64,000 nucleotides of DNA from Pseudomonadota bacterium (lineage in GTDB: Bacteria > Pseudomonadota > Gammaproteobacteria > Steroidobacterales > MnTg04): the NCBI GenBank assembly GCA_022560735.1, contig JADFSO010000001.1, positions 144,953-208,952 on the forward strand. The letters are read 5' to 3'. Under the pieces are notes generated by a model. It was not told the origin of the DNA. It saw only the letters and a program-made list of their open reading frames with translations, and did not search any database. Position 1 is the first letter of the stretch. Each line of letters begins with the position of its first letter. Made by a program: the position numbers and the translations under genes. This document shows positions 19,386 to 27,859 of this stretch, piece after piece.

Positions 19386-19416
19386 AATAAAAAAACAAAC
19401 ACCGGGGAAGCCCCCG
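19386..19416 (-). terminator. Terminator-like or attenuator-like hairpin between pfp and hppA
   Basis: On the minus strand the sequence is CGGGG-gctt-CCCCG followed by gtgTTTgTTTTTTTaTT. It ends immediately before the GGGAG Shine-Dalgarno of hppA. Confidence 0.45.
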
Positions 19417-19485
19417 CAATCTCTCTCACCGCCAGATTTCAGACCCGCCAGAGCCCGGGTCACCTGGCGATCGTGCCAGTGCAAA

Positions 19486-20748
19486 CTAAATCTTGAATCC
19501 TGTTTTCAATTTGCGTGGCACCGCAATATTTTTTAGTTCCACGTATCGCGGCATTCCGTTTCGGTATGGCGGGTAATCCTCGCCATGAATCAATGGCGCC
19601 AGATATCGCCGGCCAGCCGCCGTGATGCCAAAGCCGTCTTTGCTGATAAAGCGGGCGGGCATCATTTTCTCCCGGTTCGCAACCCGGCTCAGCGGAGTAT
19701 GCCCGATCGACCAGCGATAGGGGCGATCCGATTTGCGCACGACGATCGGCATGATCGCATTGTGGCCTTTCAGGGCCAGTTCCACGGCCGCTTTGCCGAC
19801 CGCGTAGGCCTGTTCCACATCGACTCTGGATGCGATGTGCCGTGCGGAGCGCTGCAGGTAGTCTGCAACCGCCCAGTGATACTTATAGCCATGCTTTTTC
19901 CTGATCATTTCCGCGACGACCGGCCCGACGCCACCGAGCTGAGCGTGGCCAAAGGCGTCCCGGGTCCCGGCTTCAGCCAGGAAGCGGCCATTCCTCGAGC
20001 GGGTGCCTTCCGATACGACGATCACGCAATATTCATGCTTGTCGACGCATTGCTTTACCCGGCCCAGGAACCGCTGCTGCGCAAACGGCACTTCCGGCAG
20101 CAGGATGATATGCGGGGCATCGCCGGGTTTTTCTCCGGCCAGGCAAGACGCGGCGGCTATCCATCCTGCATGCCTGCCCATGACTTCAAGGACGAATACC
20201 TTGGTCGATGTGCGCGCCATCGAGGCCACATCCAGCGCAGCTTCGCGGGTTGAGACGGCGACGTATTTGGCGACCGAACCAAAACCCGGGCAGGTATCGG
20301 TGACCACCAGGTCATTGTCCACCGTTTTCGGTATGCCGATGCAGGTGATCGGGTAGCCCAGTTGGCGGCTGATCCGCGAAACCTTGTGGGCGGTATCCAT
20401 GGAATCGCCACCGCCGTTGTAGAAGAAATAGCCGATGTCGTGCGCCTTGAATACTTCGATCAGGCGCTGATATTCCGAGCGGTTCTCTTCGAGCCCTTTG
20501 AGTTTGAACCTGGCGGACCCGAATGCGCCACCCGGCGTGTGGCGAAGCGCGGCAATCGCGGCGGCGCTTTCCTTGCCGGTATCCACCAGGTCTTCCAGTA
20601 ACGCGCCGATGATGCCATTGCGGCCGGCATAGACTTTGCCGATTCTGTCGCGATGCTGCCTCGCGGTTTCGATGACACCGCAGGCCGAGGCGTTAATCAC
20701 GGCGGTCACACCGCCCGACTGTGCATAAAAGACGTTTTTCTTGTGCAT
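19486..20748 (-). CDS. pfp: 6-phosphofructokinase, predicted pyrophosphate-dependent
   Basis: It begins FYAQSGGVTAVINAS. GGGDS and PKTVDND place Asp and Lys at the positions of E. coli PfkA Gly104 and Gly124, the PPi-PFK signature. It lies immediately upstream of hppA. The internal ATG 20748 gives 420 aa. Confidence 0.85.
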   Translation of the reverse strand: MHKKNVFYAQSGGVTAVINASACGVIETARQHRDRIGKVYAGRNGIIGALLEDLVDTGKESAAAIAALRHTPGGAFGSARFKLKGLEENRSEYQRLIEVFKAHDIGYFFYNGGGDSMDTAHKVSRISRQLGYPITCIGIPKTVDNDLVVTDTCPGFGSVAKYVAVSTREAALDVASMARTSTKVFVLEVMGRHAGWIAAASCLAGEKPGDAPHIILLPEVPFAQQRFLGRVKQCVDKHEYCVIVVSEGTRSRNGRFLAEAGTRDAFGHAQLGGVGPVVAEMIRKKHGYKYHWAVADYLQRSARHIASRVDVEQAYAVGKAAVELALKGHNAIMPIVVRKSDRPYRWSIGHTPLSRVANREKMMPARFISKDGFGITAAGRRYLAPLIHGEDYPPYRNGMPRYVELKNIAVPRKLKTGFKI

Positions 20749-20898
20749 GTTTCTTGTGTCTTGCCCGGGGTCGGGCCGGTTTAAACAGCGGCCAAGCATA
20801 CCTGATTCCGGCGCTCGCTTCATAAGGTTTGACCTGGTCTCCCGCTGACGTTAGGGTTCCGGCCTGCGCGATCGGAATCAGTCAAACGAGGAGCCGTT

Positions 20899-21543
20899 GT
20901 GAGGATCGTATTGCTGGGCGCGCCGGGTTCAGGCAAGGGTACCCAGGCGCAAAAACTGGTCGCAGGTCATGGTATTCCACAGGTCTCCACCGGGGATTTA
21001 CTGCGCGCGGAGCTAAAATCGGGAAGCGCGCCGGGTTTGCGGGCCAAGGCAGATATGGATGCCGGTCGCCTGGTTGCCGATGAACTGGTGCTTGAAATAA
21101 TCAAACGGCGCCTGGAAATGGATGATGCGCGCAACGGTTTCATCCTCGATGGGTTTCCTCGCAATTGCACGCAGGCGCAGGACCTGGCTCAGCTGCTGAG
21201 GCAAATCGACAAACCGCTGGACGCAGTCCTGCTTCTCGATATCGACATGGATATCCTGCGCAAACGGCTGACCGGCCGTCGCACCTGTTCCGTTACCGGC
21301 AAGGTCCTCAATATTCATTTTTCCCCGCAGCAGGATCTGGATGCCTCTATCGCGGCCGGCGGGGAATTGGTTCATCGCGCTGACGACAACGATGAAACCA
21401 TCGCCAGGCGCCTCAATGTATACCAGGAACAAACCCGGCCATTGATCGAGTTTTATAAATCGATCGATCTGCTCAGGGTGGTCGACGCGATGGGTACCGC
21501 CGAGGAAGTGTCGGAACGGATTCAGCAGGCTTTGAAATATTGA
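20899..21543 (+). CDS. adk: Adenylate kinase
   Basis: It begins MRIVLLGAPGSGKGTQ (P-loop) and contains ISTGDLLRA-like VSTGDLLRAE and LDGFPR. The start is GTG, preceded by GAGGAG. Confidence 0.95.
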   Translation: MRIVLLGAPGSGKGTQAQKLVAGHGIPQVSTGDLLRAELKSGSAPGLRAKADMDAGRLVADELVLEIIKRRLEMDDARNGFILDGFPRNCTQAQDLAQLLRQIDKPLDAVLLLDIDMDILRKRLTGRRTCSVTGKVLNIHFSPQQDLDASIAAGGELVHRADDNDETIARRLNVYQEQTRPLIEFYKSIDLLRVVDAMGTAEEVSERIQQALKY

Positions 21544-21555
21544 CGGGGCGGTCGC

Positions 21556-21610
21556 AGGAGGGCCTTCAGGCCCGATTGGCCTCCCACCATATCGGGCCTG
21601 AGGCCCTCCT
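21556..21610. repeat. Long GC-rich inverted repeat (20-bp stem with one bulge, 14-nt loop) at the convergent adk/rnd junction
   Basis: The arms are AGGAGGGCCTTCAGGCCCGAT and ATCGGGCCTGAGGCCCTCCT. The right arm overlaps the first two bases of the rnd stop codon. It is probably a bidirectional terminator or a REP-like element. Confidence 0.7.
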
Positions 21611-22694
21611 ACCTGGCAGGGTCTGCCGCAATCGCCAGCAAGTCATTGCCGAGGACTTCACGGCGCCAGCCACGGGTGACCCGGGTGTTGGTTTCGCCGC
21701 GGGCCAGCGCCTGCAAGTCGCGCCTGCCGGCGAGCAATTCCGGTTCTACCTTCAGTTCCTCTGCCCGTTGCTTCTGCAATAGTTTGAGTTTTTTTAACAG
21801 GGCCCTTTCCGCCTCGCCGGGACGTGCAAGGCTATTCCCCGGGACCGATTCGCCAGATTCGTGGACCAGGGCCTTTAGCAACGCAGATCCATAACGCCTG
21901 AGTTTTCCCGCTGGCAGGTGCTTGATTCCGGCCAGATCCTCAGTTTTTTCGGGATTCCTGCAGGCCAGTTCAACCAATGGCGAATCCCTGATTATCCATT
22001 GCCTGGGCCGATTTTCCTGTTTCGCGGTTTTCTCGCGCCAGTCGGCCAGGGCCTTGAGTCGCATGCGCTGTTTCGCCTCCAGTTTGCTGGCTCCTTTGAC
22101 CCGCTGCCATGCCGTGTCGTCGTCCTGTTCATACAACTCACGGTTATACAGTTCCAGGCTGTCTTCCTCGAACCAGCGTTCGCGATCGCTACTTGTTATT
22201 TGCGCCTGCAAGCGCTCCATCATCGGGATCAGGTAAAGAACATCTTCGGCCGCGTAATCAAGTTGCGCCTGGGTCAGCGGTCTCTTGCACCACTGTGTCC
22301 GGGTCTGGGATTTGTCGATACTGACGCCCATCAACTGTTCCACCAGCGTCGAATATCCGAGTTGCAGGTTATTGCCCAGGCAGGCGGCAGCGATCTGGGT
22401 GTCGAAAACCGGTTGCAGAGGTTGATCGCCGAACTGCAACAACAGTTCGAGATCCTGGCGAGCGGAATGCATGATTTTCAGTTGCTGCCGGTCGGCCAGC
22501 AATTCGAACAAGGGAGCGAGATCCGGTATCGCCAGGTTGTCGATCAGGAATATTTCGTGCCGGGTCGCGATCTGCAGCAGGCATAACCGGGAATAATAGG
22601 TATCTTCGCGCCGGAATTCGGTGTCCAGCCCGATCACCGGCGAACCGGCGATTTGTGAAATCGCGTTAGCGAGACCAGCCTGGTCGCTAATCAT
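21609..22694 (-). CDS. rnd: Ribonuclease D
   Basis: It has a DEDD exonuclease motif (IGLDTEF), LQIA, YAAEDVLYL and a C-terminal HRDC-like region. The start is set at the internal ATG (MISDQAGL), which matches E. coli N-terminal spacing and removes the overlap with the divergent gene. Confidence 0.85.
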   Translation of the reverse strand: MISDQAGLANAISQIAGSPVIGLDTEFRREDTYYSRLCLLQIATRHEIFLIDNLAIPDLAPLFELLADRQQLKIMHSARQDLELLLQFGDQPLQPVFDTQIAAACLGNNLQLGYSTLVEQLMGVSIDKSQTRTQWCKRPLTQAQLDYAAEDVLYLIPMMERLQAQITSSDRERWFEEDSLELYNRELYEQDDDTAWQRVKGASKLEAKQRMRLKALADWREKTAKQENRPRQWIIRDSPLVELACRNPEKTEDLAGIKHLPAGKLRRYGSALLKALVHESGESVPGNSLARPGEAERALLKKLKLLQKQRAEELKVEPELLAGRRDLQALARGETNTRVTRGWRREVLGNDLLAIAADPAR

Positions 22695-22831
22695 TCGCCC
22701 GGTTAATGCTGGAATGTTGTTCACCAAGACCTGCCTGTGTTGCGCCCGCGGAAATATCCGGCGTTTGTCCGATTGGGTGAAATCCGGGCAGAGGGTATCA
22801 TGCGCACTGACTGGCACGACAGGACGCAAAC

Positions 22832-23350
22832 ATGGGCCTTCTGCTGAGGGTATTCGCCGACATCGCTTTTTTTCGCCGCGGACCGGAAGATCTGCCGGCA
22901 TCCCCGTTTCTGTTCGCGTTCAGTCTGCTGCTTTATACGACCGGGACCATAGCGACATCATCGATTTATGCGGCTGATGCGCGGCAGATTTTTCTCGAAG
23001 CGCTGGCTGATGTCGCCATGATGTTGCTTTGGTATGGTTCATTGCTGGTAATTTACCGCCGCCGTGCCCGCCTGCAACAAACTCTGACTGCGTTATTCGG
23101 AACCGGCGCGTTGCTCTACCTGGTTGCCTTTCCGGTGATGAACTGGATGAAGCATCTGCTCGATGCGCAAAGCGGCGCACAATTGCCGACCTTGCTGATG
23201 ATGGCCATATTGGTCTGGTCGATCGCGGTGGCGGGTCAGATCGTTCATCGGGCGCTGGATATTCGATTCGGCTTGGGAATATTGATTGGTATCTGTTATT
23301 TTTTTTCCAGCGTGGCGGTCTTTGACTTTCTGTTCGGCGCCATTGCCTGA
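22832..23350 (+). CDS. Hypothetical inner-membrane protein (about 4-5 TM segments)
   Basis: Hydrophobic segments run throughout (FLFAFSLLLYTTGTIA, VAMMLLWYGSLLVIY, ALLYLVAFPVM, LLMMAILVWSIAVAG, ILIGICYFFSSVAVF). I do not recognise a family. Confidence 0.55.
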   Translation: MGLLLRVFADIAFFRRGPEDLPASPFLFAFSLLLYTTGTIATSSIYAADARQIFLEALADVAMMLLWYGSLLVIYRRRARLQQTLTALFGTGALLYLVAFPVMNWMKHLLDAQSGAQLPTLLMMAILVWSIAVAGQIVHRALDIRFGLGILIGICYFFSSVAVFDFLFGAIA

Positions 23351-23362
23351 GACCGGATTTTT

Positions 23363-24724
23363 ATGCACATACACATACTCGGCATTTGCGGGACTTTCAT
23401 GGGTGGCGTGGCGGCGCTGGCCAGAGAGGCAGGCCATGAGGTCACCGGCAGCGACCGGCAGGTTTATCCGCCGATGAGTACCCAGCTGGAGTCTCTCGGG
23501 GTCACGATCCTGGATGAAGACGATCCGGCGCAACTGGAGTCGCGGCCCGATGAGGTCATAGTCGGCAATGTGATGTCACGTGGCCGGGGCGTGGTAGAGG
23601 CGCTGCTCAACAGTAACTTGCCCTACACATCGGGACCGGAATGGCTGGCCCGGAACATACTCAGGGGGCGCTGGGTGCTGGCCGTCGCCGGGACCCACGG
23701 CAAGACCAGCTGCGCCAGCATGCTCGCGTGGATCCTGGAGGATGCCGGCCTGAACCCGGGATTTCTGATCGGCGGTGTGGCCGGAAATTTTTCCGGCTCG
23801 GCGCGTCTGGGCGACGAGCCGTTCTTCGTGGTCGAGGCGGATGAGTACGATACGGCGTTTTTTGACAAGCGGGCAAAATTTGTTCATTACCGGCCGCGTA
23901 CCCTGGTGTTGAATAATCTCGAATACGATCACGCCGATATTTACCCGGACCTGGCCGCTATCGGGACGCAGTTTCACCACCTGGTTCGAACCGTGCCCGG
24001 CGATGGCCTGATCGTCTGCAATGGCGATGACGATAACCTGGCCGAGGTGATCGGGCGGGGCTGCTGGACTCGCTGTGAAAAATTTCTTGGCGACGGTGAG
24101 TGGCAGGCACGGCATGATCCGTCCAGCCGGCGATTGCAAATCCGCTTTGCGGATTCGGATCAACTTGAGTGCCGCTGGCAGATGAACGGCGATCATAATG
24201 TTGCCAACGCGCTGGCCGCAGTGGCTGCGGCAAGACATGTCGGTGTTCCGCTGGCCTCATCCGTGGATTCGTTGAGCCGTTTCGCCGGTGTCAAAAGACG
24301 CATGGAATTGCGCGGTGAGGTGAGGGGTGTTTCCGTGTATGACGATTTTGCCCATCATCCGACGGCCATCAGGGCGACGCTGGACGGGATCCGCGAAGCG
24401 CACCCGGGATCGCGGATTCACGCCGTGCTCGAGCCCCGTTCCAATACCATGCGCCTGGGCGTCCATCGCGATCGCCTCGCCGAGTCGCTGCGACCGGCCG
24501 ATCACGCCTGGGTGTTCCGGCCAGCCGATCTGGCCTGGGACCTCGACGAAAGCATGGCTCTGCCAGGTCAGCAATTCAGCGTTTACGACGATACCGATCA
24601 GATGGCCATGGATATCGCGGCTGCTGCGCGCGCGGGTGATATCGTCCTGGTGATGAGTAACGGCGCGTTTAACCAGATTCATCAGAAGTTGCTGGATTGC
24701 CTGGCAACCGATACCGGAGATTGA
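23363..24724 (+). CDS. mpl: UDP-N-acetylmuramate:L-alanyl-gamma-D-glutamyl-meso-diaminopimelate ligase
   Basis: It begins MHIHILGICGTFMGGVAALA and carries the Mur ligase ATP site AVAGTHGKTS. Length is 453 aa. Confidence 0.92.
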   Translation: MHIHILGICGTFMGGVAALAREAGHEVTGSDRQVYPPMSTQLESLGVTILDEDDPAQLESRPDEVIVGNVMSRGRGVVEALLNSNLPYTSGPEWLARNILRGRWVLAVAGTHGKTSCASMLAWILEDAGLNPGFLIGGVAGNFSGSARLGDEPFFVVEADEYDTAFFDKRAKFVHYRPRTLVLNNLEYDHADIYPDLAAIGTQFHHLVRTVPGDGLIVCNGDDDNLAEVIGRGCWTRCEKFLGDGEWQARHDPSSRRLQIRFADSDQLECRWQMNGDHNVANALAAVAAARHVGVPLASSVDSLSRFAGVKRRMELRGEVRGVSVYDDFAHHPTAIRATLDGIREAHPGSRIHAVLEPRSNTMRLGVHRDRLAESLRPADHAWVFRPADLAWDLDESMALPGQQFSVYDDTDQMAMDIAAAARAGDIVLVMSNGAFNQIHQKLLDCLATDTGD

Positions 24725-24727
24725 TCA

Positions 24728-25345
24728 ATGGACCGGCACGATGCACAACAAACCATCAGCCTGGCCTGGAGCGGCGCGTCCGGCGCGCAATACGGCATCC
24801 GTTTGCTCGAGTGCCTGCTTGGCGCCGGTCACCGGGTTTACCTGATGTTGTCGAAACCCGCCCAGATCGTAATTGCGGAAGAAACGGATTTAAGTTTGCC
24901 GGGCCGCAGCAAGGAAATAGCTCGCGTCCTGCAAGCAAAATTCTCGGTTTCCGAGGATCGGCTGCAGGTCTTCGGACGCGAGGAGTGGAACGCGCCCGTT
25001 GCCAGCGGGTCGGCGAGCATCGATGCGATGGTGATCTGTCCTTGCAGCATGGCGACCGTGTCGGCGGTTGCCGCCGGCGCCAGCAAAACGCTGATCGAAA
25101 GAGCCGCCGATGTCATGCTCAAAGAGGGGCGCAAACTGGTCCTGGTGCCGCGGGAGACCCCATTTTCGGTCATCCACCTGGAAAATATGCTGCGGCTGGC
25201 GAGGGCAGGCGCCGTCGTTCTGCCGGCGAGCCCGGGTTTTTACGGGCGGCCGGAAAGCGTGGGCGATCTGGTCGATTTTGTGGTCGCGCGCATACTCGAC
25301 CAGCTGGATATCCCGCAACAGCTGTTAAAACCCTGGGGCAGTTAA
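24728..25345 (+). CDS. ubiX: Flavin prenyltransferase UbiX
   Basis: It has SGASGAQYGIRLLE, the MVICPCSMATV motif and VLVPRETP. The mpl-ubiX adjacency is also seen in pseudomonads. Confidence 0.9.
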   Translation: MDRHDAQQTISLAWSGASGAQYGIRLLECLLGAGHRVYLMLSKPAQIVIAEETDLSLPGRSKEIARVLQAKFSVSEDRLQVFGREEWNAPVASGSASIDAMVICPCSMATVSAVAAGASKTLIERAADVMLKEGRKLVLVPRETPFSVIHLENMLRLARAGAVVLPASPGFYGRPESVGDLVDFVVARILDQLDIPQQLLKPWGS

Positions 25346-25472
25346 CCCTGCCAGCGCGGCCCGCTGCCCGGAAATCGCCGATCATCCATTGACCCAGGCC
25401 AATGTCTGGCAAATTACCGGCGGCATACTATGCTTAGTTAGCAGCACCACTTCCCGCTGTGAAACCGGCACC

Positions 25473-26063
25473 ATGAATCTTCAGACCATCGCCCTGTTTC
25501 CTTTACATACCGTCCTGTTTCCCGGCGGACCGCTATCGCTGAGAGTTTTTGAAACCCGTTACCTGGATATGATTCGCCGAAGTCTGAAGGGCGAGCAGGA
25601 CTTTGGCGTTATCCAGATTCAGACGGGTTCCGAGGGAGAGACTTCATCGATCTATTCGACAGGTACGATTGCCAGGATTGTCGACTGGAGCCAGGGCACC
25701 GATGGCATCCTGGGGATCGTGGTTCACGGGGGAGCCAGGTTTCGGGTTTTGCAGGCGGAGACACGTCCCGATGGGCTGAATGTGGGACGCGTGGATGTCC
25801 TCGAAGAGGACCCGGGAACCCTGGTGCCGGTCGAATATGCATTGATGGCCGAGGTGCTGGAAAAAATTCTGAATAGCCTGGAGGAGCAGTACGCGAGCGT
25901 CACCAGGGACCTGCAAAATGCCGGTTGGGTCGCCAATCGGCTGGCAGAATTGCTGCCGCTGGACATGGTCGACAAGCAGGCCTGCCTGGAAATCGCCGAA
26001 CCGCTGGCCCGGCTGCGCCAGTTACAGGGCATGATCCGGGAGAGCCGGGCCGACGGCGAATAG
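25473..26063 (+). CDS. LON N-terminal (substrate-binding) domain protein
   Basis: IALFPLHTVLFPGGPLSLRVFETRYLDMI is the typical start of the LON_substr_bdg domain. The internal ATG 25473 was chosen. Confidence 0.8.
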   Translation: MNLQTIALFPLHTVLFPGGPLSLRVFETRYLDMIRRSLKGEQDFGVIQIQTGSEGETSSIYSTGTIARIVDWSQGTDGILGIVVHGGARFRVLQAETRPDGLNVGRVDVLEEDPGTLVPVEYALMAEVLEKILNSLEEQYASVTRDLQNAGWVANRLAELLPLDMVDKQACLEIAEPLARLRQLQGMIRESRADGE

Positions 26064-26081
26064 TCATCGTTGCCGTGGAAA

Positions 26082-27350
26082 CTACAGGCTGCTGAATACC
26101 TTCGCCGCTGCCTCGAGCGTCGTTTCGATATCCTGCTCGCTGTGTGCCGATGAGATAAACCCCGCCTCGAAGGGCGATGGGGCGAGATAAATGCCGGCAT
26201 CGAGCATGCCGTGAAAGAATTTTCTGAAACGGTCCCGATCGCAAGCCATGACTTGTTCGAGGCAAGTGACCGGCGACTCGTCGCTAAAAAATATTCCGAA
26301 CATACCGCCCACGGCATGGCCGCTGAATGGCACGCCGGCCTGGTCGGCAATCTTCTGCAATCCCTTGCCAAGCCTGTTGCAGCTTTGCTCCAGGCGCTCA
26401 TGGAAGCCGGGTTCGCTGATCAGTTCCAGGGTCTGCAGACCCGCGCTCATGGCGATCGGGTTGCCCGACAAGGTACCGGCCTGGTAGACAGGACCTAAGG
26501 GCGCAAGCTGTTCCATGATGTCGCGCCGGCCGCCAAAGGCGCCGACCGGCATGCCGCCGCCGAGGATCTTCCCCAGCGTGGTCAGATCGGGCATGACGCC
26601 ATAGCGTTGCTGTGCCCCGCCCAGTGCGACCCGAAATCCGGTCATGACCTCGTCAAAAATCAGCACGCTGCCATGCTCGCTGCAAAGTTTTCTCAATTCC
26701 TCCAGGAAACCGGCAACCGGCGGCACGCAGTTCATGTTGCCGGCGACTGGCTCCACGATGACGCAGGCGATGTCGTCGCCATGCTGGGCAAAGCATTGCA
26801 GCAACTGTTGCGGATCGTTGTAGCGCAGGCACAAGGTGCTGGCGGCAACCGCCATCGGGATCCCGGGTGAGGTCGGCACACCAAGCGTCAGGGCACCTGA
26901 TCCTGCCTTGACCAGCAGGGAATCGGCATGGCCGTGATAACAGCCTTCAAACTTGAGCAGCAACTCGCGCCCGGTATATCCGCGGGCCAGTCGTATCGCG
27001 CTCATGGTCGCCTCGGTTCCCGAACTGACCATGCGCACCATTTCCACCGATGGCACGAGACGGCAGACCCGTTCGGCCAGCTCGGTCTCGAGTTCCGTAG
27101 GCGCGCCAAAACTCAGACCCAGGCGGGCTTGTTCGGTGACCGTTTGAATCACTTTCGGGTGGGCATGACCGAGAATCATGGGGCCCCACGAGCCGACATA
27201 ATCGATGTACTCGCGGCCGTTGCTGTCGGTAACGCGCGAGCCCGATGCCTTGCTGATGAAAACAGGGTCACCGCCTACCCCGGCAAATGCCCGGACCGGT
27301 GAGTTCACGCCACCCGGTATGTATTTTTTTGCTTGGTTAAAAAGATTCAA
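26082..27350 (-). CDS. hemL: Glutamate-1-semialdehyde 2,1-aminomutase
   Basis: It has [14 protein letters not shown] and a class III aminotransferase fold with FDEVMTGFR. Length is 422 aa. Confidence 0.95.
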   Translation of the reverse strand: MNLFNQAKKYIPGGVNSPVRAFAGVGGDPVFISKASGSRVTDSNGREYIDYVGSWGPMILGHAHPKVIQTVTEQARLGLSFGAPTELETELAERVCRLVPSVEMVRMVSSGTEATMSAIRLARGYTGRELLLKFEGCYHGHADSLLVKAGSGALTLGVPTSPGIPMAVAASTLCLRYNDPQQLLQCFAQHGDDIACVIVEPVAGNMNCVPPVAGFLEELRKLCSEHGSVLIFDEVMTGFRVALGGAQQRYGVMPDLTTLGKILGGGMPVGAFGGRRDIMEQLAPLGPVYQAGTLSGNPIAMSAGLQTLELISEPGFHERLEQSCNRLGKGLQKIADQAGVPFSGHAVGGMFGIFFSDESPVTCLEQVMACDRDRFRKFFHGMLDAGIYLAPSPFEAGFISSAHSEQDIETTLEAAAKVFSSL

Positions 27351-27664
27351 CGCAGTCTCCGTCCTTTGCTCCGGCTTCGATCAGTTTGCCCCCGTTGGCT
27401 GCCTCGATACCGGCAATCGCCGCAACCGGCAAACCTGAAATGCGAGTCTCGGTCAAATAAGCAGGCCTGGACTATTCTACTGTGGCGGCGGGGAAGCGGC
27501 CCGTATATTCGATCATTGTGGTGGAATCGAAACGCTATTCGCCTCGAACGATCGAAAATCCCGTCTCTATTGCCCCCCTGCCTCGCCACGATCGTCTAAA
27601 GCAGACAGGTTCCCGGAGAACATGCGACAATGCAGCCAGGGTTTGCCCAGGAAAGCGGTACTTG

Positions 27665-27829
27665 ATGAAAGTTTATATGTGCGTCATTTGCGGGTTTATA
27701 TACGAAGAAGAGCAGGGCGATCCGGATTCCGGAATCGAACCGCGTACCCGCTGGGATGACGTGCCCTTGTCGTGGCGTTGCCCGGATTGCGGCGCCGGCA
27801 AAGAAGACTTCGAAATGGTGGAAATCTAG
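27665..27829 (+). CDS. Rubredoxin
   Basis: The 54-aa product [12 protein letters not shown]...[14 protein letters not shown] carries the two CxxCG knuckles. The start was trimmed to ATG 27665. Confidence 0.9.
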   Translation: MKVYMCVICGFIYEEEQGDPDSGIEPRTRWDDVPLSWRCPDCGAGKEDFEMVEI

Positions 27830-27839
27830 GCAGGTGAAA

Positions 27840-27857
27840 GCCGGCGCCCGCGCCGGC
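27840..27857. terminator. GC hairpin between the convergent rubredoxin and TraB/GumN genes
   Basis: The sequence GCCGGCG-cccg-CGCCGGC forms a perfect 7-bp stem. There is no strong U-tract on either strand. Confidence 0.4.
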
Positions 27858-27859
27858 GT

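Noticed and set aside
22812-22828. A sigma-54-like element, TGGCACG-N-..GCA, just upstream of the 22832 ORF.
   Set aside because: The GG to GC spacing is 13 rather than the strict 12 nt. The predicted transcription start would also fall inside the ORF, after the ATG.
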